From NCBI GenBank assembly GCA_964016885.1, contig OZ024752.1, positions 34,286,001 through 34,350,000 on the forward strand: 64,000 nucleotides of DNA, written 5' to 3'. Positions 28,334 through 42,817 of the stretch are shown here, one piece after another (position 1 is the first letter of the stretch; each line of letters begins with the position of its first letter). Origin of the DNA: Eledone cirrhosa (taxonomy: Eukaryota). Both the position numbers and the translations under genes were made by a program. The notes below the pieces were generated by a model. The model did no database searches, was not told where the DNA came from, and saw only the letters and a program-made list of their open reading frames with translations.

Positions 28334-29119
28334 ATAAAAACAAATAACGAAACGAAATTAAATTTCGTTTCGCTTCTAACTCACTTTTGTATGACTGACG
28401 CTTAAACAATTAAGTTAAAGTGTACATCTACATATGTATACGGAAGTATTAGTATGCATATAAATACACACATGTATACATATGTACATGTACTGAGTTT
28501 TTCACGTCTGTGTGGTTACATACAGACTAGCTGACACTCACTGTAAAGTGTCTAGTGAAAAACTCAGTACATGTACATATGTATACATGTGTGTATTTAT
28601 ATGCATACTAATACTTCCGTATACATATGTAGATGTACACTTTAACTTAATTGTTTAAGCGTCAGTCATACAAAAGTGAGTTAGAAGCGAAACGAAATTT
28701 AATTTCGTTTCGTTATTTGTTTTTATCGTTTCCGCTGAACCGGTGCGTACAATGACTCACGTTCTATGCAAATTAGTCTACCCACTACTAATTTTCATAG
28801 AAAAAGCATATAACGATATGTGCTTTTACAATTCTCCAGAGAAGCCGGAAGATGGGTAAATATTGCTGATGAGATGTAATAACATCGAAACTAGTCCAAT
28901 ATTCCTGTCTGGCTCTCTGGAGAATAGAGGAAATGTGTTTCCTTGAAAACTCGTATGATTCTAAAACCCGGTCCGTCTGTGTGGTTACATACAGACTAGC
29001 TGACACTCACTGTAAAGTGTCTAGTGAAAAACTCAGTACATGTACATATGTATACATGTGTGTATTTATATGCATACTAATACTTCCGTATACATATGTA
29101 GATGTACACTTTAACTTAA
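28334..29119 (+). mobile_element. Non-coding hammerhead element with terminal direct repeat (469-bp period) and inverted 5' segment
   Basis: 28505-28650 = 28974-29119; 28334-28505 is the reverse complement of 28556-28726; hammerhead at 28859-28903. Confidence 0.85.
28859..28903 (+). ncRNA. Canonical minimal type-I hammerhead ribozyme
   Basis: AATATTG CTGATGA GATGT aata ACATC GAAA CTAG TC CAATATT; GUC site; stem I extends (attctccagaga.agcc / ggct.ctctggagaat). Confidence 0.9.
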
Positions 29120-30223
29120 TAGATATATAATAGATATATAATAAATATATAATAGATATATAATAGATATATAATAGATATATAATAGATATATAATAGA
29201 TATATAATAAATATATAATAAATATATAATAGATATATAATAGATATATAATAGATATATAATAGATATATAATAGATATATAATAGATATATAATAGAT
29301 ATATAATAAATATATAATAGATATATAATAAATATATAATAGATATATAATAGATATATAATAAATATATAATAGATATATAATAGATATATAATAGATA
29401 TATAATAGATATATAATAAATATATAATAGATATATAATAAATATATAATAGATATATAATAGATATATAATAAATATATAATAGATATATAATAGATAT
29501 ATAATACATATATAATAGATATATAATAGATATATAATAGATATATAATAGATATATAATAGACATATAATAGATATATAATAGATATATAATAGACATA
29601 TAATAGATATATAATAGATATATAATAGATATATAATAGATATATAATAGACATATAATAGATATATAATAGATATATAATAGATATATAATAGATATAT
29701 AATAGATATATAATAGATATATAATAGATATATAATAGACATATAATAGATATATAATAGATATATAATAGATATATAATAGACATATAATAGATATATA
29801 ATAGATATAGAATAGATATAGAATAGATATATAATAAATATATAATAGATATATAATAGATATATATTAGATATATAATAGACATATAATAGATATATAA
29901 TAGATATATAATAGATATATAATAGATATATAATAGATATATAATAGATATATAATAGATATATAATAGATATATAATAGATATATAATAAATATATAAT
30001 AAATATATAATAGATATATAATAGATATATAATAGACATATAATAGACATATAATAGATATATAATAGATATATAATAGATATATAATAAATATATAATA
30101 GATATATAATAGATATATAATAGATATATAATAGATATATAATAGATATATAATAGATATATGATAAATAGTTATCTAAAACAACATCACGTAATAAAGA
30201 AAAACAAGATATTATTTTTAAAA

Positions 30224-30405
30224 AGGGCGGTGGATTGGCAGTATCGGTAGAGGGTCAGACGACATGCTTTGCAGCATCGAGTTACATCCCTTTACGGTCT
30301 GAGTTTAAATACCGCTGAGGTTAACTTTGCCTTTCATCCTTATGGAGTCGATAAAATAAAATACCAGTTATGCACTGGGATAATTGTCGGCCTTGTGCCA
30401 AAAAG
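30224..30405 (+). mobile_element. Dominant-family SINE
   Basis: Consensus match. Confidence 0.85.
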
Positions 30406-30816
30406 TCCAAGCGGTAGAAATTGGAATTACAACAGAGAGGCGTAGAAAAGGAAGATTAGCTGCTTAATGAACACAACCACAAGGATAGGGTCACAACGCC
30501 GAAGTACCGAACTCCCACTGTCATTGCGTCCATCTCTCTCGCCCTCCCCCATCTCTCCGTATGGTGAGCACGTGGGGTCCCACCTGCTGGCCTCTCCTAC
30601 AGATAGATTCATGTTTTCTCCACCCACACAGATGTGTGAGAATGACACACTGGTTAGTTTGGGGGTAGAATATCCCACGACACTACCCTTCCTCTCCTGG
30701 TTACACTGGAGTTTGCTGGACTTAAAGGTACACGTTAACAAGCTTTCGTCATTGTCGTCGTTGTTTTTGGTTTTTTTTCTGTTGTCTTTGACACCATTGC
30801 GCCCCCCCCCTCCCTC

Positions 30817-30995
30817 ACCGTATTTCCCGGCGTCGAAGACGCTACTTTTTCCCTAAAATTAGTCTTAAAATTAGTCTTAAAAATCTACCATGCGTTCTGG
30901 AGGCCGAAGGTTTTGTTTTTTTTTCAAATTTTTGGGAGTTAAAATTAGGGTGCGTCCTCGAAGACGAAGCGACTTCGGCGCCGGGAAATACGGTA
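30817..30995. mobile_element. Short MITE (pogo/Tc1-mariner-like TIRs)
   Basis: accgtatttcccggcgtcgaagacgc ... gcgacttcggcgccgggaaatacggta. Confidence 0.75.
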
Positions 30996-31220
30996 ACTAT
31001 TATCACTACGATCGTTACTATATCACTATAACACTACCACTACCGCCACTACCACCACTACCGCTGTTTGGGCCACAACCACAACTAACATTATCAATAT
31101 GCTCCTAGAGCAGAGTTTCTCGATATCGCCCACTGGTAGGCGATGAGCAACTGTACAGAAAATGGTGGGTGATTGGAAATTTTGGTGGATGTTGAAAAAA
31201 AACAAACATTTCTTAACATT

Positions 31221-31863
31221 GGACATACATTACTTAATATTGACCCCGGAAGCTTGAAAGTCAAAGTCGGTCCCTACGGGATTTGATCACGAAGTGTAAA
31301 GGGTCATATAAGGACATACATTTCGATTAAATCAACCCCATTACTTAATATTGACCCCGGAAGCTTGAAAGTCAAAGTCGGTCCCTGCGGGATTTGATCA
31401 CGAAGTGTAAAGGGTCATATAAGGACATACATTTCGATTAAATCAACCCCATTACTTAATATTGACCCCGGAAGCTTGAAAGTCAAAGTCGGTCCCTGCG
31501 GGATTTGATCACGAAGTGTAAAGGGTCATATAAGGACATACATTTCGATTAAATCAACCCCATTACTTAATATTGACCCCGGAAGCTTGAAAGTCAAAGT
31601 CGGTCCCTGCGGGATTTGATCACGAAGTGTAAAGGGTCATATAAGGACATACATTTCGATTAAATCAACCCCATTACTTAATATTGACCCCGGAAGCTTG
31701 AAAGTCAAAGTCGGTCCCTGCGGGATTTAATCACGAAGTGTAAAGGGTCATATAAGGACATACATTTCGATTAAATCAACCCCATTACTTAATATTGACC
31801 CCGGAAGCTTGAAAGTCAAAGTCGGTCCCTGCGGGATTTGATCACGAAGTGTAAAGGGTCATA
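31221..31863 (-). repeat. ~111-bp tandem repeat (~5.7 copies) derived from a diverged SINE body
   Basis: Unit gaccccggaagcttgaaagtcaaagtcgg..gcgggatttga aligns with SINE gaccccgtaaggatgaaaggcaaagtcaacctcggcgggatttga. Confidence 0.9.
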
Positions 31864-32012
31864 AAAATTTGCAAGTTAATTTAATTTAATCAGGCCCTCT
31901 ACCAAACCGTCATATAGATAGATATGTGAACCGCACCCCATTGAATAAAATATGCAGCAGAAAATAATGGTTTCTGATTTAGACACAAGGTCAACAATTT
32001 TGGGAAGAGGAA

Positions 32013-33023
32013 ACAGGGTGGCCCGAAAGTCTTGTCACCCCTACATATTGTTTTAACTTTCATTATTGGCAGTATCGGTAGAGGGTCGGACGTCATGCTT
32101 TCCAGCATAGTTACGTCCCTTTACGATCTGAGTTCAAATCCCGCCGAGGTTGACTTTGCCTTTCATCCTTACGGGGTCGATAAAATAAAGTACCAGTAAT
32201 GCACTGGGGTAATTGCTGGCCTTGTGCCTAAAGTAGAAACAATTATTGGCAGTATCAGTAGACAATCGGACGCAATGCTTTCCAGTATAGAGTTACGTCC
32301 CTTTATGAACCGAATTCAAATCCCGCCAAGGTTAACTTTGCCTTTCATCCTAGCAGGGTCGATAAAATAAAGTACCAGTAATGTACTGGGTAATTGCTGG
32401 CCTTGTGCCAAAAGTAGAAACAATTATTTTTTTGTTTTAATAATATAATATATAATATCATTAATTATAATATATCCTTTAGCCGGGAAGGGCAGGCAGT
32501 TTTTATCTGTCTGGTAGCCATGGCGAAAGAGATAGTATGGTGGACACGTTTGAAAGGGCTGAAGACGAGCACTTACCACTTCGGTGATGCTCTGATTGAC
32601 TTTTTCAAATTTCATTTGAAAAGGAAAATCAGAGTAGAGAGGGAAGTGCTCTCTTCCCAGCATTTTGTTGAAAGATGGGTGAGAGAAGCAAGAATGGCCC
32701 GAGTGAATGGATCTACTCTGAGTATGTGTCTGTAAATTAAAGGTGGAAAACTGGGAGAGGGCACTTGCCTTGGTGGTCAGGGTCACTGTGGCCTTTTAAT
32801 GGGCTTTCTCCACAAATGTCCCTCCGAAGTCTCCCTCCTATTGGGGAATTTTTCATTGTTATTTTTTTTCTTACATCCTCTGTTTTTGTTTTTTACACGC
32901 AGAAATGCCCATTTGTACCGTCCTGTATTGTCCTGCACTGTCCTTAATGTCTACTTTATGTAAACCCTTGTGGTTAATAAAGAAATCATTAATTATAATA
33001 TATCATAATATAATTTTCTTATA

Positions 33024-33054
<31 letters not shown>

Positions 33055-33102
33055 TAATTTTCTTTTTGGTAGGGGGTGACAAGACTTTCGGACCACCCTG
33101 TA
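32013..33102. mobile_element. Tc1/mariner-type TIR pair enclosing nested insertions
   Basis: acagggtggcccgaaagtcttgtcacccctac and tagggggtgacaagactttcggaccaccctgta; encloses two SINEs and a LINE 3' fragment. Confidence 0.75.
32480..32987 (+). pseudogene. 5'-truncated 3' fragment of the Tx1-like LINE family
   Basis: MAKEIVWWTRLKGL...ERWVREARMARVNG matches the ORF2 C-terminus; ends aataaagaaatc. Confidence 0.9.
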
Positions 33103-33779
33103 CTTTATTTTATCGACCCTCGTAAGGATGAAAAGCAAAGCTAACCTCGGCGGTATTTGAACTCAGAACACAAATAACCATAACTCTCTGCCACAAAGAA
33201 TATTGTCTGACGCTCTACCGATTTCACTGTTAATCCACCACTTTTCTATCCAACAGGAAATAATAAATAAATATATAGAAATGCAATGAAATCTTCACAG
33301 CAACTTTAAGCATACAGTACAAGAATCCTAGCCTGATGTTATCACTGTTCGGCCATATTTGAATTGCTAAAACAAAAACACATGTTGTATATGTTCAGAT
33401 ATGAGATTTCTCACAAATTCCATTGTAAAGTTGAGTTAATGCAGTAATTTTCCCTAATTGTCTGCCAAGATAATGATTAAAAATTAAATAAAAACAGAAG
33501 CAGGAAGAATGAAAGAAAGGAAAAAAGATAGTATATATATATATATACACACACACATATATATGTATATATATATAATTTTTTCTACTTTAGGCACAAG
33601 GCCAGCAATTACCCAGTGCATTACTGGTACTCTATTTTATCGACCCCGTAAGGATGAAAGTCAAAGTCAACCTCGGCGGGATTAGAACTCAGATCGTAAA
33701 GGGACGTAACTATGCTGGAAAGCATGGCGTCCGACCCTCTACTGATACTGCCAATCCACCGATATATATAATGTATATA

Positions 33780-34657
33780 TCTATCTATATAAAACTGTGG
33801 TTGTCTGTCTGTCTATCGATTTTTGGCACACATCTCCTCTTAGAATCTCTCACGGAATTGCACCGAAATTGCTATACTTGTACATTGAGCCCTAGCGAAG
33901 ACATCGGAAAAAAAATAATTTCAAATTGATCCACCCTATGTGACGAAATCGAATATAATGTATCGATTTTTGAGCGTAAGTGATCAGTTATTTCCCTTTG
34001 TTCTGTTTACATTGAGCGTCTTACGTAAAAAATTACGCTGGCTTTAACAGTTGTCGAGCCAGCAAAATATTGACCTGCAAAATTCATCAGTTCGAACACT
34101 AAGCTTCCGTTTTGCTTCATTTCCATTTAAAAGCATTTTAAAACAATATTTTTACTTGAAAACAAGTCTATTTAAAGACTACGTAAAACAAGCAAATATT
34201 TCGTCGTTAGGCGTGCAGACAGACAGTCGTGCAGACAGACAGTCGTGCAGAGAGGTGATATAGGCGTGCAGACAGACAGTCGTGCAGAGAGGTGATATAG
34301 GCGTGCAGGCAGACAGTCGTGCAGAGAGGTGATATAGGCGTGCAGACAGACATAACTGATAATTTGGTTACGCTAATGTTTTTCTCTGCGTTGCAGTGTT
34401 TACATTTTCGATCTTTGTTAATAAATAACCAGTGCAGTTTCTATCCCCAGCATCCTCTTTTGTTATAACATTCGGGTTATCGTTATGTTTTCTTAACTTC
34501 ATAAGGCATATTGTTGGTTGGGGGAATATTAATCAAAAACACCACATGCAAGTCTGCACAGTAGACACTACAGTTTTTAAGCCAAGAAAGAAACTTAACA
34601 TTGTAACTTTAACACAGCTACTGAGCGACCCCGAGCAACGCCGGGCTTTACTGCTAG
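33780..34657 (+). mobile_element. Non-autonomous Helitron-like element
   Basis: 5' TCTATCTATATAAAACTG.. with GTCT repeat; subterminal hairpin cccgagcaacgccggg; 3' CTAG, inserted between A and T; internal 33-bp tandem repeat 34210-34350. Confidence 0.7.
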
Positions 34658-34812
34658 TATGAGAATAAACGTGCTGCGTGGTTGCTAATGGGTTATATAT
34701 ATATGTATATATATATATACATATGTATATATATATACATATATATGTATATATATTATTAATTATTGTGGGGTAGTATCTATATATAGACATTCCACTC
34801 ATACATTTATTA

Positions 34813-34844
<32 letters not shown>

Positions 34845-34869
34845 ATGTGTGTGTGTGAGTGTGAGTGTG

Positions 34870-34914
<45 letters not shown>

Positions 34915-35011
34915 TTATTGTGTGGGTAGCTTAGAAAGAAAGAATGTTGACTTTTTCTATAATTAAAAGATTTCTCAAGCATTTAGAACATAGTATTTTA
35001 TTTGTTTCATA

Positions 35012-35093
<82 letters not shown>

Positions 35094-35415
35094 GATATTA
35101 ATAAATGGAAACTATATTTATAAAACCATATTTATTTCATTATGATTTACAATTATTCTAATACAGATTAAAAGTTAATTTTGTGTTTTACGTCAGACCG
35201 AAAACTATTAGCACGATAAATATGGTGATGCTTTAATAGGACAGTGAAGTTAACGTGACCTAGTGGTCAGGGTGTTGGACTTACGATCTTATGGTTTTAT
35301 AAATATAGTTTCCATTTATTAATATCGTATATCTACTCCAAAAATTTGTCGAGTGCTTTATATCAGTTATAAAAATATTTACTTGTTGTATCCCAACAAC
35401 TCTAAATAGAACTTT

Positions 35416-35454
<39 letters not shown>

Positions 35455-35741
35455 AATTATCGAGAATCGCAACTTCGGCCCACGAAATAACGAAAAACAA
35501 TCTCCGAGATGTGTGGCAAAGTGCTCAATGGTTCGGATGAACCTGAGCTATAACTAACGTTTAATACCAAACACGCTGAGACCATGGTTAAACAATCATC
35601 CGCACAGCCAAAAAATACGATCAAGTAATTCGGGTCAAACAAATAAAAATATACATGATTGAAAAATATATGATGAAAATATATATATATATATATATAC
35701 GATATTAAACAAATGGAAACTATATTTATAAAACCATATTT

Positions 35742-35805
35742 ATTTCATTATACATATTTCAGGGATACCATATTAAAAATATGGCATGCCTTCTTCAGAT
35801 AAAAT
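35742..35805 (-). ncRNA. Type-I hammerhead ribozyme (inverted copy)
   Basis: Reverse complement of 35949-36012. Confidence 0.8.
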
Positions 35806-35948
35806 ACAATATATAAGCAGTTTTATAAATAAATTTGACGTACCATAAATATTGTTCAACTTCCATTTAAAAAGTTGATTTTTTTAAATGGAAGTTGAAC
35901 AATATTTATGGTACGTCAAATTTATTTATAAAACTGCTTATATATTGT

Positions 35949-36012
35949 ATTTTATCTGAAGAAGGCATGCCATATTTTTAATATGGTATCCCTGAAATAT
36001 GTATAATGAAAT
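35949..36012 (+). ncRNA. Type-I hammerhead ribozyme
   Basis: ATTTTAT CTGAAGA AGGcATGCCATATT ttt AATATGGTATcCCT GAAA TATGTA TA ATGAAAT. Confidence 0.82.
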
Positions 36013-36140
36013 AAATATGGCTTTATAAATATAGTTTCCATTTGTTTAATATCGTATATCTACTCCAAAACTTGTCGAGTGCTTTATATCAGTTATAAAA
36101 TATTTACTCGTTGTAACCCAATAATTTTAAATAAAACTTT

Positions 36141-36174
<34 letters not shown>

Positions 36175-36472
36175 AACAGAAGGGATATTCAATTTGTTGG
36201 TAATTCAACAAATATAAATGTTTATAACTGATTCAGAGCACTCGACAGTTTTTCTGGTGTTTAATATTGAATGATATTAAATAAGTTTTTGGTACCCTTG
36301 AAATATATATAATAGAATAAATATCGTTTTAGAAATATAGTTTCCATTTATTTAATATCATTGTATATATATATATATACATATATGTATACTCCAGTCC
36401 TACAAACTGTAGAGTGCTTCTTATCCGATATCTGCATTGCTTTATTGTACTACAATAAAACTCACCTCCTAC

Positions 36473-37292
<820 letters not shown>

Positions 37293-37371
37293 CACTCCTG
37301 CTATATCAAGTGTTAACCTAATATATACCTTCCATATACTGTACCGATTGCATTGATATTTCTGTTTACCT

Positions 37372-37403
<32 letters not shown>

Positions 37404-37629
37404 CATACATACATACATACATACATACATACATACATACATACACATATATATATATATATACACAAAAAAACCAAAATGATTTACAATTATTCTAATA
37501 CAGATTAAAAGTTAATTTTGTGTTTTACGTCAGACCGAAAACTATTAGCACGATAAATATGGTGATGCTTTAATAGGACAGTGAAGTTCACGTGACCTAG
37601 TGGTCAGGGTGTTGGACTTACGATCTTAA

Positions 37630-39005
37630 TAATTGTTTCTACTTTTGGCACAAGGCCAGCAAATTACCCCAGTGCATTACTGGTACTTTATTTTATCGAC
37701 CCCGTAAGGATGAAAGGCAAAGTTAACCTCGGCGGGATTTGAACTCAGAATGGCAAGGGCCGTAACTCTATGCTTAAAAAGCATGGCGTCCGACCCTCTA
37801 CCGATACTGCCATTCCACCGCCCTTAATAATTGTTTCTACTTTTGGCACAAGGCCAGCAAATTACCCCAGTGCATTACTGGTACTTTATTTTATCGACCC
37901 CGTAAGGATGAAAGGCAAAGTTTAACCTCGGCGGGATTTGAACTCAGAATGGCAAGGGCCGTAACTCTCTGCGTCAAAGCATGGCGTCCGACCCTCTACC
38001 AATACTGCCATATCAAATGTCGTAAGTTCAATTCCTGAACTGAGTGTTGGGTGTTGTGATCTTGAACAAAACGCTTCATTTCTCGTTGTTCCATTAAACT
38101 CAGTTGAAAAATGAGTACAAGTAGCAATAGCCTCTTTCTGTCACCTCTTTCTGTTCAAACCGTTTGTAACTGACCACCCATGCTTATGTTAAGGTATTGT
38201 TCACTCATACTAATGTTAAGATATTTGTCTCAACTTAAATAATTGTTTCTATTTTAGGCACAAGGCCAGCAATCACCCAGTGCATTACTGGTACTTTATT
38301 TTATCGACCCCGTAAGGATGAAAGGCAAAGTTTAACCTCGGCGGGATTTGAACTCAGAATGGCAAGGGCCGTAACTCTCTGCGTCAAAGCATGGCGTCCA
38401 ACCCTCTACCGATACTGCCAATCCACCGCCCTTAATAATTGTTTCTGCTTTTGGCACAAGGCCAGCAAATTACCCCAGTACATTACTGGTACTTTATTTT
38501 ATCGACACTGTAAGGATGAAAGGCAAAGTTAACCTCGGCAGGATTTGAACTCAGATCAGAACTGGGCGTAACTCTGTGCTACAAAGCATGTTGTCCGACC
38601 CTCTACCGACACTGCCAAACTACCACCCTATTATATATTTCATAATGTTTCGTATTATATATATTACTTTATACATATATATTACTTTATACATACATGT
38701 TTGCATTTGTAAGTGAGTACATCTATATGTATATATGTACTTATAGAGATGGAGAGGGGGTGGGTGGGTGGTGGGGGGTGGGGGAGAAAGCGGGGTTTTC
38801 AAACAGACAGGTATTATTGTGGATTGGCAGTATCGGTAGAGGGTCGGACGCCATGCTTTCCAGCATAGAGTTAGGTCCCTTGCCATTCTGAGTTCAAATC
38901 CCACCGAGGTTAACTTTGCGTTTCATCCTTACTGGGTCGATAAAATAAAGTACCAGTAATGTACTGGTTAATTTGCTGGCCTTGTGCCAAAAGTAGAAAC
39001 AATTA
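37630..39005. mobile_element. Cluster of five dominant-family SINEs (four minus, one plus)
   Basis: Copies at ~37630, 37828, 38240, 38437 (-) and 38819 (+). Confidence 0.85.
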
Positions 39006-39006
39006 T

Positions 39007-39086
<80 letters not shown>

Positions 39087-39111
39087 TAGAGATAGATAGA
39101 TAGATAGATAG

Positions 39112-39632
39112 ATTTCTTTATTAGCCACAGGGGCACAAAAGAAGGGGACAAATACAAAGGGGGAAGTTTACATACAATAAAAACGTGTAAAATGTTATCA
39201 CAGATGGAATTTAAAAGTTAGTCGATTTTCCCCAATAGAGGGAGACAGTTTATATGGGTAACACATACCCCCGAAAAAAAATGTGCAACCCTCATCTCCA
39301 GGAGTACGAAGAGCTTGTACTCCTTTCCTCTCCTCCTCCTTTTCCTCAACCTACAGGCTGATATAGAGAGAAGGCCCATTCACTCGGGCCATTCTCGCCA
39401 CTTTCACCCACCTTTCATAAAACTTGCTGGGGTACAGCACCTCTCTCTCCACCCTGATTCTTCTTCCAAAGTGGTATTTGAAAAAAAGAATCAGTTGTTG
39501 GCCGGAGAGAAAGGTGTCTGACCTCAGCCCTTTCAACCTTGTCCACCATACAACCTCTTTCGCCATAGCTATCACACAAAGGAAAACCGCCTCTCCTTCG
39601 TTTTTGAAGGAGGGTGGCGGTTTGATCATGAC
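39112..39632 (-). pseudogene. 5'-truncated Tx1-like LINE fragment
   Basis: IKPPPSFKNEGEAVFLCVIAMAKEVVWWTRLKGL...; 3' end abuts (GATA)n/(GACA)n. Confidence 0.92.
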
Positions 39633-39642
39633 AAAGATAGAT

Positions 39643-40192
39643 ATGTTTCTTTTATTTGCCACAAGGGCATCAAAAGTGGGACAAGTACAATGGGGGGAGT
39701 TTACAAAACAAGGCGTCCTCAATAGGGAGGAGGCAATAACAATATATAAAAATAAAATAAAATATAACAAAAAATAGAATTATAACAAAATCCTCAATAG
39801 AGGATTTTGTTATAAAATATAACAAAAAATAAAATTTATAACAAAATCCTCAATAGAGAGGAGGCGCCTTGGGGGGTCGCACACACCCCCGAAAAAAGTG
39901 TGCAACCCTTTTCCTCAGGAGCACAGAGAGGGGGTGCTCCCTCGTTCCTTCCTCTTTTCCACCTACAGGCTTATGTAAAGAGAAGGCCCATTCACACGGG
40001 CCATTCTCGCCACTTTCACCCACCTTTCATAAAAACGACTGGGGTGCAGCACCTCTCTCTCCATCCTGATCCTTCTTCCGAAATGATATCGGAAGAAACG
40101 GACCAGTTGTTGGCCAGAGAGAAAGGTGCCTGACCTCAGTCCTTTCAGACGCGTCCACCATACAACCTCTTTCGCCATGGCTATTACGCACA
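39643..40192 (-). pseudogene. Second 5'-truncated Tx1-like LINE fragment, head-to-tail with the previous one
   Basis: LCVIAMAKEVVWWTRLKGLRSG...GPSLYISL; flanked by GATA repeats on both sides. Confidence 0.92.
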
Positions 40193-40413
40193 AGATAGAT
40201 AGATAGATAGACAGATAGATATCGATGCTGACTCCGGCATAGAAATATGGAAGAAATGTTATACACGTAAACTGTGCAACTGAATGACTTGTAATTTCAA
40301 ACTCTCTCTCTCTCTTTATACACACACACACGTGTGTGTGTATGTGTGTGTGTGTGTGTGTGTGTATAAGTATTGGTACCACCATTAGTAATTCACTGAA
40401 TCACCTATATACG

Positions 40414-40495
<82 letters not shown>

Positions 40496-40720
40496 TATAT
40501 ATATATATACACACACACATATATCGCCTACACTCACACACTCAGTGTGTAACATACTTCATTACATACAGTCAACGACATTACCGCACCACTCCACTCC
40601 ATTCCACTCCACTCCACTCCACTCCATTCCATATTAAGTCGGCTTCCAAGTCCTCCACGTTCCTTCGCATCATACACCCACTCACGAAAGAAAGATACAG
40701 TCACTCCTTCTATCTCATTT

Positions 40721-40978
40721 CTACTAACCAAGGCCCTTACCCCCCACGTTCCTACTAACCAAGGCCCTTACCCCCCACGTTCCTACTAACCAAGGCCCTT
40801 ACCCCCCACGTTCCTACTAACCAAGGCCCTTACCCCCCACGTTCCTACTAACCAAGGCCCTTACCCTCCACGTTCCTACTTACCAAGGCCCTTACCCCCC
40901 ACGTTCCTACTAACCAAGGCCCTTACCCCCCACGTTCCTACTAACCAAGGCCCTTACCCCCCACGTTCCTACTTACCA
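40721..40978. repeat. 31-bp minisatellite, ~8 copies
   Basis: ctactaaccaaggcccttaccccccacgttc repeated; degenerate relatives to ~41340. Confidence 0.92.
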
Positions 40979-42003
40979 TGGCCTCTTTTGCCTTCCTTTG
41001 CATCATACACCCACTCCTAACAAAAAAGACCCAGTCCCCCTCGTCTCCACCATTTCATTGCTTTACCAAGGCCCTTACCCCCCCCCCCCCCCCCTCGTTC
41101 CTTTGCATCATACACCCACTCAAACCCTCTCTACCACCATGTATTCCGTTACTACTTACCAAGGTACCCTACCCCCTTTGTCCCTTTACATCATACGCCC
41201 ACACAATGCCCCCCCCTCCTCCATCATCCCGTTACTACTTACCAAGGTACCCTACCCCCTTCGTCCCTTTACATCATACGCCCACACAATGCCCCTCCAC
41301 CAGCCCGTTACCACTTACCAAGGCCCTCACCCTATCCCTCTTCGTTCATTTTGCATCATACACCCTCTCAAAGCAGAAAGAAGACTCAATGCCCCTCCTC
41401 ACCTGCCCCTACAAACCTGCATCCCGTTGCTACTTGCTACTTACCTTCTACCTACCAACCTACCTACCAACCTACTTACCTTCTACCTACCAGCCTACAA
41501 CCTACCTCCAGCCTTCAATCCGTCATTGGAAGGTGTTTTTTTTTTAACATCCTGTAATTCTTACGTCAGAATATATCTTCTACGAACGGGTCACTACCGC
41601 CACCACCACCACCGATACTACCACTGCCACCACTACCACCACCACCACCACCACCACCACAACCACCATTACTTCTCGACCACCACCATCACCACCACCA
41701 TCACAAACACCACCGATATCACCACCACAAACACCACCACCGCCACCACCACAAACACCACCACCACCATCATCATCATCACCACCACCACAAACACCAC
41801 CACCACCACCACCACACTCTAAAAAAAATCTACGTTGCAAAGATAGATTAACATAAACCCAGTAATAAATGAATGAAACACAGAGAACAAACAAACAAAC
41901 AAACAAACAAACAAACAAACAAACAAACAAACAAACAAACAAACAAATAAATAAAAAAATAAAAAAATAAATAAACCAACCGACAAACAAAACAAAACAA
42001 AAC

Positions 42004-42035
<32 letters not shown>

Positions 42036-42393
42036 CTACAAAGATGGCTAAAGGTGTCAGCTAGTTGCGGGGGCGGAAATATTTTCGTCTGCCACTTTCC
42101 ATTGCCGAATCAGCGATAAATAAATATATAGTATATTGTGCGGCGAAACTTACCTGGCATTTAACAACATGAGTGGCCGACATCCTAATTACTAGCTTTT
42201 TTTCCTCACAGGCTATGGTGTTGGTGTTGTTGTTGTTGTTGTGGTGGTGGTGGTTGTTGTTGTTGTTGTGGTGGTGTTGGCGGTGATTGTTTCATTTGAA
42301 TGAAACACGTAAACACTCATATATACACACGTATACGTATATACGTATACATATTCACACACACACACACACACACGCATATATATATATTAC

Positions 42394-42427
<34 letters not shown>

Positions 42428-42432
<5 letters not shown>

Positions 42433-42712
42433 CTCTTTTACTCTTTTACCTGTTCCAGCCATCATACGGCTGAGGCCATGCTGGGGTACGGCATATATAT
42501 ATATACATATATACATATATATATATATATACACATACTCTTTTACTCTTTTACCTGTTCCAGCCATCATACGGCTGAGGCCATGCTGGGGTACGGCATA
42601 TATATATATACATATATACATATATATATATATATACACATACTCTTTTACTCTTTTACCTGTTCCAGCCATCATACGGCTGAGGCCATGCTGGGGTACG
42701 GCATATATATAT

Positions 42713-42743
<31 letters not shown>

Positions 42744-42745
42744 TA
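42428..42745. repeat. ~105-bp tandem triplication
   Basis: tactcttttactcttttacctgttccagccatcatacggctgaggccatgctggggtacggc + (TA)n, three times. Confidence 0.92.
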
Positions 42746-42780
42746 TTATCATTGTTAAACTAATATCTTATATCTTATAT

Positions 42781-42817
<37 letters not shown>

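Larger units (their letters stand above)
27602..30165. repeat. 11-bp satellite (ATAGATATATA)n interrupted at ~28334-29119
   Basis: Direct inspection. Confidence 0.95.
35697..36150. mobile_element. Fold-back element with a hammerhead in each arm
   Basis: Palindrome 35697-36058 (~175-bp arms) between (TA)n tracts; remnants of the same family at 35090-35420 and 36200-36362. Confidence 0.88.

Noticed and set aside
42147-42162. U1 snRNA 5' end (ACTTACCTGGCA)
   Set aside because: Match stops after 12 nt; better read as a minus-strand splice donor or chance
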